From a virus (lineage: Duplodnaviria; Caudoviricetes), in the IMG/VR virus record IMGVR_UViG_3300028070_000001, positions 1-54,435 of that record: 54,435 nucleotides of DNA; one strand, written 5' to 3'. Below, one piece after another: positions 25,456-35,339 of the stretch; within the stretch, counting starts at the first letter, position 1, and each line of letters starts with the position of its first letter. The translations under genes and the position numbers were made by a program. The notes under the pieces are model-generated. The model made no database searches. It worked only from the letters and a program-made list of their open reading frames with translations, and was not told the DNA's origin.

Positions 25456-25483
25456 ACTATACACCCCCGGTGTCCACTGTCAA
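25456..25483 (-). promoter_or_regulatory. Sigma70-like promoter of the inserted operon
   Basis: TTGACA-16 bp-TATAGT, 6 nt upstream of the ATG at 25449. Confidence 0.7.
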
Positions 25484-25614
25484 GTAATATTTCTACTATT
25501 TCTTCGTTTTCTGTTTTGCTGTCCATTTAGCGCACGAGGCGCAGAGTCCACCATCAGGTGGCAAGTGATGTATCGTACCGCAGCGTGTGCATCTTCTTGG
25601 AGTTACTGGGTTCT

Positions 25615-28600
25615 TCAACCTTCTCCTCCTGCTTCTCCAAATATAGGTGTTGGCTGATATTCCGCAGACGATCCCCATGCTCTCAAATAGAAGCAGCCTC
25701 CTTGGAAGTTCAAAACAAATGAGACACTTGACGAAAATTGTGCAATGAGCAGCTTCCACTTTGCAGCACTTGGCTTGAAAAAATACTTCGTCAACTGTCC
25801 ACTTGTGCTTGGCAGTGTGACTGGTTGAGGAGCATAAGAACCGTTTCCTTCATCGGCGACATAAAAAGTCAAATTTACTGTGCTTGTCGATGAGTATTCC
25901 ACGACAGCCATTCCACAATGCATAAATCCGCGTCCACCAAAGGCAGGAGTAGCCACGGTGCCAGTGATCGTCTCCGTGCCGCTACTTGTCAGTTGGCGCA
26001 CGGTACTATCTGAGCATCCTACTAATACTCCTTGCTGACTTTGACCTTCATTTGCGGCATGAATCGTCGCGTTAGGAGTATATGTGTCTAGAATCCAACC
26101 CATCGCTGCTTCGTCAAAGACAAGCGTATGAGGATTTCCATCGGTTCCAACGTAATCCCAGTACATAAATCCGCTATTATAAGAGAACCTCTGTAAATCT
26201 GGTTTCGTATCGTCTGGAGGATAGATTGTCACTCCATTCCTTGTTATCGGATGTGGATGATTACTAGAGTTATCAGAATCTTCTTGTGGAAATATAGGAC
26301 TAAGCGCATCGTCGGTAATCGACTTTGACGACGATCCGTAAGGTGAAATATGAATCCCATCATCTACGCGAAAATAGATGTTTCCCCCACCGGAAACACA
26401 TACGCAGCGTGGAATATAAAGACCTCTAGTAATTGACGATTCCTGCAACGTCCATGTTGACCCTGTTGTTCCTGTTGCTGTTGCAGTAGCGCTCGAAAAA
26501 TTAGGCATAATCAACCATCCGCGCTTGATGGAGAACAGAACTCCTAGTCCTACACTTATTGCACCATTGACGAGTGGTTCCGAAGGATCAGTAACATCCT
26601 GCTGATTAGTGTCAGGAGCAGCATCAAGGTTTGACCCTTTGCTCCAATATAGAGTACCGGGCCTTAGTGGGTCTCCTACAGCGAAAGCATAGTTTACGTT
26701 GTCAGTTGGACCCCACATATAAGGCAACGGCTGCGCTGCAAGAATTGGCTCTGGTATTTCATAGGCTACACCTGATGCGTCAGCAACTCCAGGAATCGTT
26801 ACTTGAGTTACATACCCAGTGGGAAGATAAATTCCCTTATCAACAAACGTGACACCTCCGCTAATCGTAGTTCCACCTGATTCACTAAATGTAGGTGTTC
26901 CGATTGCTTGCGATGTTCCAGACACCGTTACTAACTGATAATGTCCAGCAGAGTCAAGAATAAAGAAATTCAATGGATATAAATAAGAATTCTGGAAAGA
27001 CGCAGCGGTTGGACGTGCTATAAATGTATAGGAAAGAGATGTTGGAGAACCAATCAATATCTCCGTTCCAGATAACCATCTTGGACTAAATCCTAATGCC
27101 GATCCTCCTATCGCTCCACCGGAAATCCATGTAATCACACCTCCTGATACATCGCATACTCCTCGTTGTGGAAGGTCGATAGAGGGGAAAGGTTCATAGT
27201 TGTCATAATCGAGTGTTTTGGTTCCGAGTTCCGTATCAAGCAATGAATCGCTGATTGGGGTGTTTGTCCCAGGAGTTGCACCAAGATCGTCATTCGGTCC
27301 TGTGGCTACATAGGTAAATTCCGATGTAACAGAGTCAAGACGGTAGTAATCTACAACATCTACCTGCGGATCGTTAGACCATAAAGACGTGACCGTATTA
27401 GCCAGAACAGGAATAGACTCAGCGGTTGATTCTGGAGAGGGATTAGATTGCGCTCCTGTTGCGGAACTGCGATAGCAATATCGGTATTGAACTTGCTGTC
27501 TTATATTTGAAGAAGTCGGAGGAATAATAGTTGGACTTTCTCCCGGTTTTGGAGAAGCTGTGATGAGCAGAATTCTTCCACTGTGATACCAGTAGTCATA
27601 GTCAACTTCTATTGGATAAATACCAGCCGAAGGAACAGAAACAACGACCGTGGTAGTCTGATAATCTCCATCCTCTCCTGTGCTCTCACGGTTAACAGGA
27701 AGTAATGGATAACCTCCAACTACTGTAATAGTCTGTCCTTGAGTGGATACAATGCTCGATGTTGCGGATACTAACTTTACTCCTCCTCCTATCCCCCATA
27801 TCATGTTGTCATGTGAAGTAAGGACAAATGTATAATCTCCTAATGCGGGAAAGTATATATTCCCCGTTAAACAAAAGTTAAAGTTCTGATAGTATTGGTT
27901 GTTAGCATATGTGGTTGTAATTGGCGCTGAGAACACAGGAATACTACCTGTCACAACACTCTCAGGGCTTAGCTGAAACCATTGCATAGCTAATAATTTG
28001 GTTCCTATGCCTGGAAGTTCAGGAATTCCGTTTGTAAATGTTGCATCAAATATAAGAGAGTTTCCAGATGTACTTCCATCGGCACTTGAAGTTGATCGTG
28101 TTGGTCCACTACCGCCAGGATCATCAGGATTCTTCCATATATACTGATTTTGAGGTCCTGCGTTAGGAGAATCACCCCAGTAATAAGCTGTCAGAGAACC
28201 AAGTAGTGAAGTGACAGACGGAAGAGCGTTTGTTGTTACCGTTCCTGAAATAGTTATTTCCCCTCCTCCAATAGAACCAGTGTTGGAAGAATAAGTGTTT
28301 CCCAAGGAATTCATGCCAATCTGAAGGGCTACTGCTCCAGATGGAACGGTAATTTCTACTCCAATATTCGCTCCAATATCTACTACACTAGGAATATAAA
28401 GAGGGGCAACTCCTGCCGCCATCACGTCGCCAGATGAATCAACAAATGCTCCTATTACATACGATGCTACGCTTGGATGAGTTGACGATCCTAATGTTTG
28501 GAGGAATTGACCGGGGTATCCCGGTACGCCTGATCCAACTCGCGTGTGAGCACTTGGGCTTGAAATATCCGCAAGTCCAGCCTGTGTAGTTATGGTATCC

Positions 28601-29373
28601 CCGTTTATAATTACAGTTCCATTCGGGACCAAACTGCTGATTGTCACATAGGAAGCATTTTGAACGTCAACACTGTACCATATTGTGCCATCCTTCGGTG
28701 TTGTTGGATCGGTGTGCGGATAACCCTCAGTCTCACCATAATTGAAATCATTATTTGTGCCGATAGGATTATTAGTCCAAGGAATTGCTGTAGCTAATAG
28801 ATTGCCTGTTCCACCTCCAAATGGTACTGTTGAATTGGAAGTAGATACGGTTGGAGCTAATTGTGGTTCTTTGATTCCAGATTTATAACATACTCCCGTG
28901 CTAGACACCTTCATCATTCCATTGGTAACAAACGCTACGGGTTGATTGGCATGAGGTCCGGTGGTAACTAGATATGTTGTGTTTATTACTGCTTGCCCCT
29001 GCGGAGCGCTATCTCCGATATATCCGAATGGGCGTACTGAAGCATCAGGGCGAAACGGAACGATGGAGATTGGGTTTCCACTTAGACCTGTTGCAACATT
29101 AGTTACGTCAGTTGTTGAATTCCATACCGAAAGAGCAGTTGAAGCACCATTTATGATGGAATACCCAGAAGATGGTCCTGCTGGCGTACTATCATTTATC
29201 CTGCGCAAGCTATGCACCGATGATGCTAATGTGTAGATTGCTTCCGTAAGGGTATTACGAAACGTAACGCCACCTTTTTGATAAGCTCGGACGTTGGACG
29301 CAACACTAACTCTTCCCGGAGAAATCCGGTTCAAGGGAGACGCCAAATCCATACCTAAGAAATTAAGCGGCAT
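25615..29373 (-). CDS. Tail tubular/stabilisation-type protein with PA14-like insertion
   Basis: 1252 aa; C-terminal beta-propeller-like region (LYWSKG...); GNIYFPALGDYTFVLTSHD...GIYPIEVDY segment. Confidence 0.6.
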   Translation of the reverse strand: MPLNFLGMDLASPLNRISPGRVSVASNVRAYQKGGVTFRNTLTEAIYTLASSVHSLRRINDSTPAGPSSGYSIINGASTALSVWNSTTDVTNVATGLSGNPISIVPFRPDASVRPFGYIGDSAPQGQAVINTTYLVTTGPHANQPVAFVTNGMMKVSSTGVCYKSGIKEPQLAPTVSTSNSTVPFGGGTGNLLATAIPWTNNPIGTNNDFNYGETEGYPHTDPTTPKDGTIWYSVDVQNASYVTISSLVPNGTVIINGDTITTQAGLADISSPSAHTRVGSGVPGYPGQFLQTLGSSTHPSVASYVIGAFVDSSGDVMAAGVAPLYIPSVVDIGANIGVEITVPSGAVALQIGMNSLGNTYSSNTGSIGGGEITISGTVTTNALPSVTSLLGSLTAYYWGDSPNAGPQNQYIWKNPDDPGGSGPTRSTSSADGSTSGNSLIFDATFTNGIPELPGIGTKLLAMQWFQLSPESVVTGSIPVFSAPITTTYANNQYYQNFNFCLTGNIYFPALGDYTFVLTSHDNMIWGIGGGVKLVSATSSIVSTQGQTITVVGGYPLLPVNRESTGEDGDYQTTTVVVSVPSAGIYPIEVDYDYWYHSGRILLITASPKPGESPTIIPPTSSNIRQQVQYRYCYRSSATGAQSNPSPESTAESIPVLANTVTSLWSNDPQVDVVDYYRLDSVTSEFTYVATGPNDDLGATPGTNTPISDSLLDTELGTKTLDYDNYEPFPSIDLPQRGVCDVSGGVITWISGGAIGGSALGFSPRWLSGTEILIGSPTSLSYTFIARPTAASFQNSYLYPLNFFILDSAGHYQLVTVSGTSQAIGTPTFSESGGTTISGGVTFVDKGIYLPTGYVTQVTIPGVADASGVAYEIPEPILAAQPLPYMWGPTDNVNYAFAVGDPLRPGTLYWSKGSNLDAAPDTNQQDVTDPSEPLVNGAISVGLGVLFSIKRGWLIMPNFSSATATATGTTGSTWTLQESSITRGLYIPRCVCVSGGGNIYFRVDDGIHISPYGSSSKSITDDALSPIFPQEDSDNSSNHPHPITRNGVTIYPPDDTKPDLQRFSYNSGFMYWDYVGTDGNPHTLVFDEAAMGWILDTYTPNATIHAANEGQSQQGVLVGCSDSTVRQLTSSGTETITGTVATPAFGGRGFMHCGMAVVEYSSTSTVNLTFYVADEGNGSYAPQPVTLPSTSGQLTKYFFKPSAAKWKLLIAQFSSSVSFVLNFQGGCFYLRAWGSSAEYQPTPIFGEAGGEG

Positions 29374-29376
29374 AGT

Positions 29377-30741
29377 TTACCTGTTCTCCCTCGCGTCTTC
29401 CGGGCCATTTTTACTGTTATAGCGGTTCATCGAGCGCTCTTGTGCCTGTCCACGCTGGTCCAACACGTCAGAGTACAAACCAAGCGACCGAAGCCTGCTG
29501 TTCTCCGCAGAACATGCCATGATTGCTCTCTTCTCAAGTTCGAGTGCTGATTTCCATTCTGCTCCTCCGAGCTTAAAAGAAGCTCTGGCCTGACTGAGGT
29601 CCATTATTATGTCAAGGTCCGAGGGTGGTATTTGCAGGTAATCGCCATCGGCCACGGGAATTGGCATATTTCCTAAAACGGTCATCCCGGTAGACTGTCC
29701 AGTTGGAGAAGCGATCATGTCAATTCCACCCGCCACAATGAACGGCCCAAATCCGCTAGGATCAGAATCCCATTCAGGACTGTAATTATCCGAGCTTACA
29801 ATTGAATCTATGCTTACAGCCTGTCTGTTTACTTGTCCTAGCATAATCCACGGAGCCTTCTGCATCAGGTTTAGACCATCCTGATACCTTTTCATACAAT
29901 ATTCTGCACGCTCCTGATCTTTAGCCTCTGATTCTCTTCCTAGCAAGTCTGCTAACGCTCCCCATTCAGCAACATAACTGAAATCGTCTGGTATACCCAA
30001 AAGTGTGCTCGTAGGAGGATTAAATGACGCTCCTTGCTGTAGCACAATCGCTTCATACGTTCCCGGTTGGTCAGGAGGAATGTCTACATCAAACGCTAGT
30101 GGAGGCTCAGAGGAAAGACTATACGTGTTTGGTGTTCCTGACGGCTGCTGGTAAAGTGGAGACTCGTAGAACTCCTGAGCGACCGTATCGTCACGGTAAA
30201 GCGTTACTGGTGGAGGTGGCTGTGTTGCTGGCGAAACTACGGAAGGAATATAGCGTACACGCGCAACGTCAATCACGTTCGATGGAACATATGTCCTGCG
30301 AGTGTTTGGTGTGATAGCAATTCCCGTGAGCAAAGCCTGATTGCAGTTGCTCACTTGAATCATTTCATCCCTACGCCGTTGCAGGGCTTGGGATATATCA
30401 CTAATTGAGAACTGATTTGTTCCTGTCCATGGTCCACCAGCGCAGTTTGGCTCTAACAGCATGTATTCCATCTCGGAATAGCAATAACTATCAGTTACGC
30501 TTCTTATTCTTGGTGAACCTGTGAGCGTAGCAAGAGATGACCAAACATTAGTAGAACTTGAATTATTGAAAGTAAAATCTTCCTTCCACCACCATACCAA
30601 GGAGTTGTACTGCCTAAGCGCTTGTTGTATATAAAATTTCAGTTCATTGTCACTCCAGAACGACATCGACGGGTCTGCCAGACGTGCAGCAAGCTGTTGC
30701 CGCGCCGTCAAGAACGTCGTCTGGTTGAATGAAGTTGGCAT
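29377..30741 (-). CDS. Head-tail adaptor / tail tubular protein
   Basis: FWSDNELKFYIQQAL...IPDDFSYVAEWGALADLL pattern; synteny. Confidence 0.55.
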   Translation of the reverse strand: MPTSFNQTTFLTARQQLAARLADPSMSFWSDNELKFYIQQALRQYNSLVWWWKEDFTFNNSSSTNVWSSLATLTGSPRIRSVTDSYCYSEMEYMLLEPNCAGGPWTGTNQFSISDISQALQRRRDEMIQVSNCNQALLTGIAITPNTRRTYVPSNVIDVARVRYIPSVVSPATQPPPPVTLYRDDTVAQEFYESPLYQQPSGTPNTYSLSSEPPLAFDVDIPPDQPGTYEAIVLQQGASFNPPTSTLLGIPDDFSYVAEWGALADLLGRESEAKDQERAEYCMKRYQDGLNLMQKAPWIMLGQVNRQAVSIDSIVSSDNYSPEWDSDPSGFGPFIVAGGIDMIASPTGQSTGMTVLGNMPIPVADGDYLQIPPSDLDIIMDLSQARASFKLGGAEWKSALELEKRAIMACSAENSRLRSLGLYSDVLDQRGQAQERSMNRYNSKNGPEDARENR

Positions 30742-30750
30742 CAGGAACGC

Positions 30751-31035
30751 CTAAACTTTCTTGGTAGAAATAGCCTTACGTTTGCCGCCCTTTTTCTTGT
30801 TCCCCTTCGACTTCGAGGAGATTCCTGCCATACTCTCAGTAGCAATTCTGATTTCCGAAGCATAGTCTGGAGCGACGTATTTCTTGCATTTGTATTCTCC
30901 GCCTTCTCCGTTGCTGGAAACTCTAACAACGTATCCGTTCTCCGCTTCTTCAACGCCCATATCCACGTTTTTCTTGCTTGACGATGGAGATATTGAAGGT
31001 GTACCTTGTGCTTTCTTGCTATTTCTCTTTGCCAT
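30751..31035 (-). CDS. Small basic protein
   Basis: RBS AAGGAG; Lys-rich termini. Confidence 0.7.
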   Translation of the reverse strand: MAKRNSKKAQGTPSISPSSSKKNVDMGVEEAENGYVVRVSSNGEGGEYKCKKYVAPDYASEIRIATESMAGISSKSKGNKKKGGKRKAISTKKV

Positions 31036-31045
31036 TTACGCTCCT

Positions 31046-31216
31046 TTACATCTTAACAATTGATTTCTTGGGTAAATAAGTCTTTGGTTTCGTCGGACCT
31101 TTTCTCTTCCCAATCTTGACGTAATTGGACGAATTGATCTTACGAGCCTTTTGTCCATGACGATTCTTGCCTGTGTCATAGGCTTCGTTATTTGTTGAGT
31201 CGATTTCTGTGAACAT
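31046..31216 (-). CDS. Small basic protein, 56 aa, ends LPKKSIVKM
   Basis: Translated by hand; coupled by TAATG overlap. Confidence 0.55.
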   Translation of the reverse strand: MFTEIDSTNNEAYDTGKNRHGQKARKINSSNYVKIGKRKGPTKPKTYLPKKSIVKM

Positions 31217-31512
31217 TACTTGCCCTCAATTCTCTTGCGCGTAGGAGATTTCTTCGCGCTCGTATTGTTCTTTGCTGCCGTTCCGCTCTTCGATGTGCTA
31301 GAGACGATCTTTCGTTTCCCCGCTGCTTTATTCGATGCCACATCTTTATCGTCCTCTTCCCCTTTGCGGAAAGTCTCGTTGGCTTTCCTGACATCCGCAT
31401 CATCCGCAGACTTGTCTCTCTTCTTGTGCGGAGTAGGGATACTTTTGATACATTCCTCTGCCGTGTCAGCTAATTTTCTCGCCTCGCTGATTAGTCCACT
31501 CGACTGCGCCAT
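31216..31512 (-). CDS. Small basic protein
   Basis: RBS AAGGAG; Lys-rich. Confidence 0.7.
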   Translation of the reverse strand: MAQSSGLISEARKLADTAEECIKSIPTPHKKRDKSADDADVRKANETFRKGEEDDKDVASNKAAGKRKIVSSTSKSGTAAKNNTSAKKSPTRKRIEGK

Positions 31513-31521
31513 GAAATCTCC

Positions 31522-31731
31522 TTATTTACTTACAGATATTTTCTTCCGTGATACCTTCTTAACGATCTTGTCCTTGCGTGGCCCTATACGGTTTTCCTTG
31601 CGAAGATAACTCAAAAGTATCGCTTTGGCTTGCTTGGGGTTCTTGACAATCTTGCGCTTCTTTCCCTTAACTTTCTTGCCACTGTGTAGCGTTCCGCGCT
31701 TGAAGTCCGTCATTATTTCCGAACTGGGCAT
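31522..31731 (-). CDS. Small basic protein (FKRGTLHSG...NPKQAKAI)
   Basis: Motif seen in small basic phage late proteins; RBS GGAGG. Confidence 0.75.
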   Translation of the reverse strand: MPSSEIMTDFKRGTLHSGKKVKGKKRKIVKNPKQAKAILLSYLRKENRIGPRKDKIVKKVSRKKISVSK

Positions 31732-31853
31732 TATTTCCTCCTAAACGACAACAGCCCCAAGCCGGTAACGGCTAAGGGCTGCTGCTTGACCCAAATATGG
31801 GTGGCGCATTGCCTGATCTCCCTATTTATACATCATTTTAGGGAGTTTGTCAC

Positions 31854-32306
31854 CTATATTTCTTTGAAAAATACCTGTTCAGCAATCGTAGTCGCGTATT
31901 TTACCGCATTCGCGTTCCACGTCTGCGGGAATGGTACGATTTCTCCCGTAGGAAGCGTAATTGTTTTGTTCGTTTTGATTCCCTTGGGCGCATAATAGAG
32001 AGTCGATCCTAGAGTAATATCCTGCAATGAACCATTCGATGCCTGTTGAGCTAAGTATTGTGCCTCATTCCACGCGGAAAGGTCAGCACCGTGAGATTTA
32101 GATGGATCAACACTAAATTCGGGATCGCTTTTTACGCTCATCGACGTAAATTGCCATGGGGCCATAACTATCTCTTCGATGGTCTTACCGTGCTTCTCTA
32201 CCCTATTCTGCACGACGTTGATTATCGAGGTCATTCCTGGTATCTGGCCACGACGATTCTCTTTCCAGCAAACAGTTGCTAAAAGCGTAATTTCTGCGTC
32301 TGTCAT
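31854..32306 (-). CDS. Endolysin, SleB/Hydrolase_2-type cell wall hydrolase
   Basis: LLATVCWKENRRG...VVQNRV...PWQFTSM...GSTLYYAP. Confidence 0.8.
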   Translation of the reverse strand: MTDAEITLLATVCWKENRRGQIPGMTSIINVVQNRVEKHGKTIEEIVMAPWQFTSMSVKSDPEFSVDPSKSHGADLSAWNEAQYLAQQASNGSLQDITLGSTLYYAPKGIKTNKTITLPTGEIVPFPQTWNANAVKYATTIAEQVFFKEI

Positions 32307-32316
32307 TGTTCAATCC

Positions 32317-33027
32317 TCATCTCAAAAGATACCCCGATACCTGCGCACCAAAGAGAATGTCGCTCTTTAGCACGCAAGGAATCGTCGGGTGTAGTGTGCA
32401 TTGGGACAACTTCTTCTCAAGTTGTACAGCCGTGGTCGTAAACTGAGCACCGTTGGCCAGCATGATCGTTACATTGGGACTTGACATTAGTCCGTTGAAT
32501 GTTTTTACGCTGGTATCTAGATCATTACCTGTGGATGTGTAGCTAACAATGAGGGGCTTCAATTGCACCAGTAGGTCATTTGCCGTCTGAGCATCTATCG
32601 TGACTGTCTGAATTGCCCGCGTGGCCGCTGTGAGAGTTCCCGTCGCTGCCTGAGCCGAATCTCTTCCAGCATCAGCGGCACCACGAAGAGACGTTGAAAC
32701 TCCATGTATATCGGTTGATATTTGAGACGCATAGCCGTCAATCGTTCCAAGTTGCGTTTGTTCATGGATAAGCACCTTATTCGTTGCGTCGATGGTCAGC
32801 CGACCTTGCAGAATTGTATCGTCCAGCATGGAAAGCGTTCCCGACTTTGGCGTGTTAATAGTATCAAGAGATTTATTGATCCGATCTAGCGTGTCCGTAG
32901 GCGCTACGTTACCCCACTTGTCTAGCGCAATACTCGCACTACGACACAAACCAAATCCTCCCCATACTGTGAGGCATAGCGAGGCAATGAGAAGTAGTCC
33001 TAGCGTGTTGAGGATTCTCTTGTCCAT
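32317..33027 (-). CDS. Membrane-anchored coiled-coil protein (lysis region)
   Basis: N-terminal TM helix followed by helical repeats. Confidence 0.55.
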   Translation of the reverse strand: MDKRILNTLGLLLIASLCLTVWGGFGLCRSASIALDKWGNVAPTDTLDRINKSLDTINTPKSGTLSMLDDTILQGRLTIDATNKVLIHEQTQLGTIDGYASQISTDIHGVSTSLRGAADAGRDSAQAATGTLTAATRAIQTVTIDAQTANDLLVQLKPLIVSYTSTGNDLDTSVKTFNGLMSSPNVTIMLANGAQFTTTAVQLEKKLSQCTLHPTIPCVLKSDILFGAQVSGYLLR

Positions 33028-33105
33028 GATGTTTATCTTAAAGGCTAGGGCCGCTCTATTGAACGGCCCCGTGTCTCCTTCTGTACATGGCAGACGAGAT
33101 TCTTG

Positions 33106-33813
33106 TTAGATCGTTGTGGTCGATGACTTGATCTGTGCAATCCAGCTTTCGACGGCAGGAATCAAGACTTTGCATTCGTTGGTAACGAGATTGACGATGG
33201 TAGTTATCTTCGCAGTGAGTGCAGCATCCTTCACATCGATTCCGGTCAAGAGCGAAGGAACCGTAGCCACGAAGTTTTCCAGATTTGTCAGCAAAGACGT
33301 ACCACTGTTGGCCGCTACTGCCGAAGCCTCAATCGCCGCAAGTCCGGTTTCCACCGTAGCCAACGCAGCCACGAGAGGGGCTTCTGCTACGGGATCAGCG
33401 ATAGCTACCACAGCCTCCACCACGGGAGCGACTTCGCCAACAAAGTTTTCTACGGTCTGGAGAGCAGATGGGGACTTCTTGAACAGTTTCTCGAACGCTG
33501 TACCGAACTTCTCAAGGTCTGCTCCCGTATTTTTGAAAAACTTCTCCACGTCGGTTTTGATTGTGCTAAGAACGCTCATGCTCTGCGCCTCCTTTGGCGC
33601 TGTACTACTTGGGTTAATGGTGGCTTCTTCCCCGGAAAACCATTCTTTCGGTGCCGGTATTTTGTTACCAACCGAGTCAAATAAAGGAATTCCGCGTATT
33701 GTTGAGCTATTAACCACGCCAGTCTGACCATAGTTGAAACCAACAACGCCAGTTGTGCCAGAAGTGACTAGCGATGGACTCGTAGGCGTCTTGCTTTTGA
33801 AAAACCACATCAT
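33106..33813 (-). CDS. Hypothetical Ala-rich helical protein
   Basis: ORF; internal RBS AAGGAGG before MSVLS suggests an alternative start near 33579. Confidence 0.6.
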   Translation of the reverse strand: MMWFFKSKTPTSPSLVTSGTTGVVGFNYGQTGVVNSSTIRGIPLFDSVGNKIPAPKEWFSGEEATINPSSTAPKEAQSMSVLSTIKTDVEKFFKNTGADLEKFGTAFEKLFKKSPSALQTVENFVGEVAPVVEAVVAIADPVAEAPLVAALATVETGLAAIEASAVAANSGTSLLTNLENFVATVPSLLTGIDVKDAALTAKITTIVNLVTNECKVLIPAVESWIAQIKSSTTTI

Positions 33814-33885
33814 CTATACTCCGTATTAGAATTGATACTCGTTGCGACAATACGTAATATTTTTGGGATTTATATACTTAACTAC

Positions 33886-35019
33886 CTAATCGGTAGCGAG
33901 TATACAATTCTGTTTTGACGCAAGGCTTTCCCCAAGCCTTAAAATGTTTAGTGCCGCGTTATGGTCACGTCCCAAAGATAATCCACATTTCGGACAATCG
34001 TGATGCCTGTCCCAGATTTTCTTTGGTACTTTCTCCCCACAACCACTGCATATTTGTGTCGTACCGCGTGGATTGACTGGTATTACCCATTTCCCGGCGC
34101 ATTCTGCCTCTGAATTGAGTTTGAATATCAGTTGTCCCCATGCAGCATCCAAAATACTCTTCGCAAACATTGATTGAACCATGTTACTAATCTTTAAGTC
34201 TTCATGCGCAATCAGATCATACTCCCCTACTAACTGCTTTGCTACTCCTGTCAAGTACGAACTTCTTAGACCAGAAATCCGTTGATGGACCCTGCGAAGA
34301 TGCTCACGCGCCTTAATACTGTTCTTACTTCCTCGAATCTTACGAGACAAACTACGGTTCGCTTTAGCTAGTCTATCCTCTTCTTTTCTAGTCCATCGCG
34401 GATTAGGTATCTCTGTTCCATCGCTTAAAGTTGCAAGTGTAGTCAAACCAACATCTATACCAGTTGCATTACGAACTGCCGCTTTCTCTGGTGCTGGCCC
34501 AATGTCACATACTACCTGACCTTGCCACTTGTTCCCTATGCGCTTGACGCGGAATTCTTTAGGGGTTCCTTTAATTTTGTAGTGCGTCTTGAATTTGAAA
34601 CCACCTATGCCGCCAATTACAAACTCGTATTTTGACATCTTAAAACTATAAGAGTCAACAGTAAACGAATCGTATCTCTCAGAGGAACGAAAACGAGGAT
34701 ACCCCGGAGTTTCTCCACTCTTTACCCTCCGATAAAACCCATCAAACGCTCTCTGCAACCGACGCAATGGATCACGCTCAATTGCAGATGGCAACTCAGC
34801 GTACTCAGGAAACCAAGAACGAAGTGTTACTAATTCAGATTGCTGGTCGTAATACGTCAATGCAACATGGCTGTTTTCCCATTCCAACTTACGTTGATCC
34901 AACGCCATGTTGTAAATCGCACACAACTGGTCAAGAAGACGATCAAGACGATTATCTTGATTCTTCGTCACCTTTAATCGCATTGTGTACGTGCGCATCA
35001 TTAGTTCATTATACCACAT
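33886..35019 (-). CDS. tnpB: RNA-guided endonuclease TnpB (IS200/IS605 family), no tnpA
   Basis: N-terminal RTYTMRL...YN region; RuvC GIDVGL, HEDL and RDHNAALNI; Zn finger CSGC/CPKC; likely start near 35001. Confidence 0.92.
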   Translation of the reverse strand: MWYNELMMRTYTMRLKVTKNQDNRLDRLLDQLCAIYNMALDQRKLEWENSHVALTYYDQQSELVTLRSWFPEYAELPSAIERDPLRRLQRAFDGFYRRVKSGETPGYPRFRSSERYDSFTVDSYSFKMSKYEFVIGGIGGFKFKTHYKIKGTPKEFRVKRIGNKWQGQVVCDIGPAPEKAAVRNATGIDVGLTTLATLSDGTEIPNPRWTRKEEDRLAKANRSLSRKIRGSKNSIKAREHLRRVHQRISGLRSSYLTGVAKQLVGEYDLIAHEDLKISNMVQSMFAKSILDAAWGQLIFKLNSEAECAGKWVIPVNPRGTTQICSGCGEKVPKKIWDRHHDCPKCGLSLGRDHNAALNILRLGESLASKQNCILATD

Positions 35020-35050
35020 AGGGAATCAAGTATATAATTCCCATATTTTT

Positions 35051-35329
35051 CTACTTCTCCTTCTTGGCCGGTTCAGCGGCCTTCTTGGCTTCGCCGAGTT
35101 TTTGTTGCGCGGTCTGAATCTCCTGTTGAGTGGATGGATACTGCGCCTGAAGCAATTGGAACTGAAGCTGTACAATCTGCTGCTTTAGTTGCGCGATGGT
35201 GACGTTGGCCTCGGCCAGTTGTACGGAGCATGGTTCTGAGGACGGAAGTATCGGTTGCTGCTGGCTTTGGGCGACAGCGAGAGAACCGAATATGACTATC
35301 GATGCAAGTGCTGCGAAAGTTCGTTTCAT
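35051..35329 (-). CDS. Signal-peptide coiled-coil protein (spanin-like?)
   Basis: N-terminal signal plus Gln/Leu heptads in the lysis cassette. Confidence 0.5.
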   Translation of the reverse strand: MKRTFAALASIVIFGSLAVAQSQQQPILPSSEPCSVQLAEANVTIAQLKQQIVQLQFQLLQAQYPSTQQEIQTAQQKLGEAKKAAEPAKKEK

Positions 35330-35339
35330 GAATTTCTCC

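Noticed and set aside
35000-35020. tnpB promoter (GGTATAATG) as target of the mini-element guide (GGTATACTG)
   Set aside because: Only 8 of the first 9 nt match, reflecting the shared -10 consensus, and the TTTAT TAM is absent
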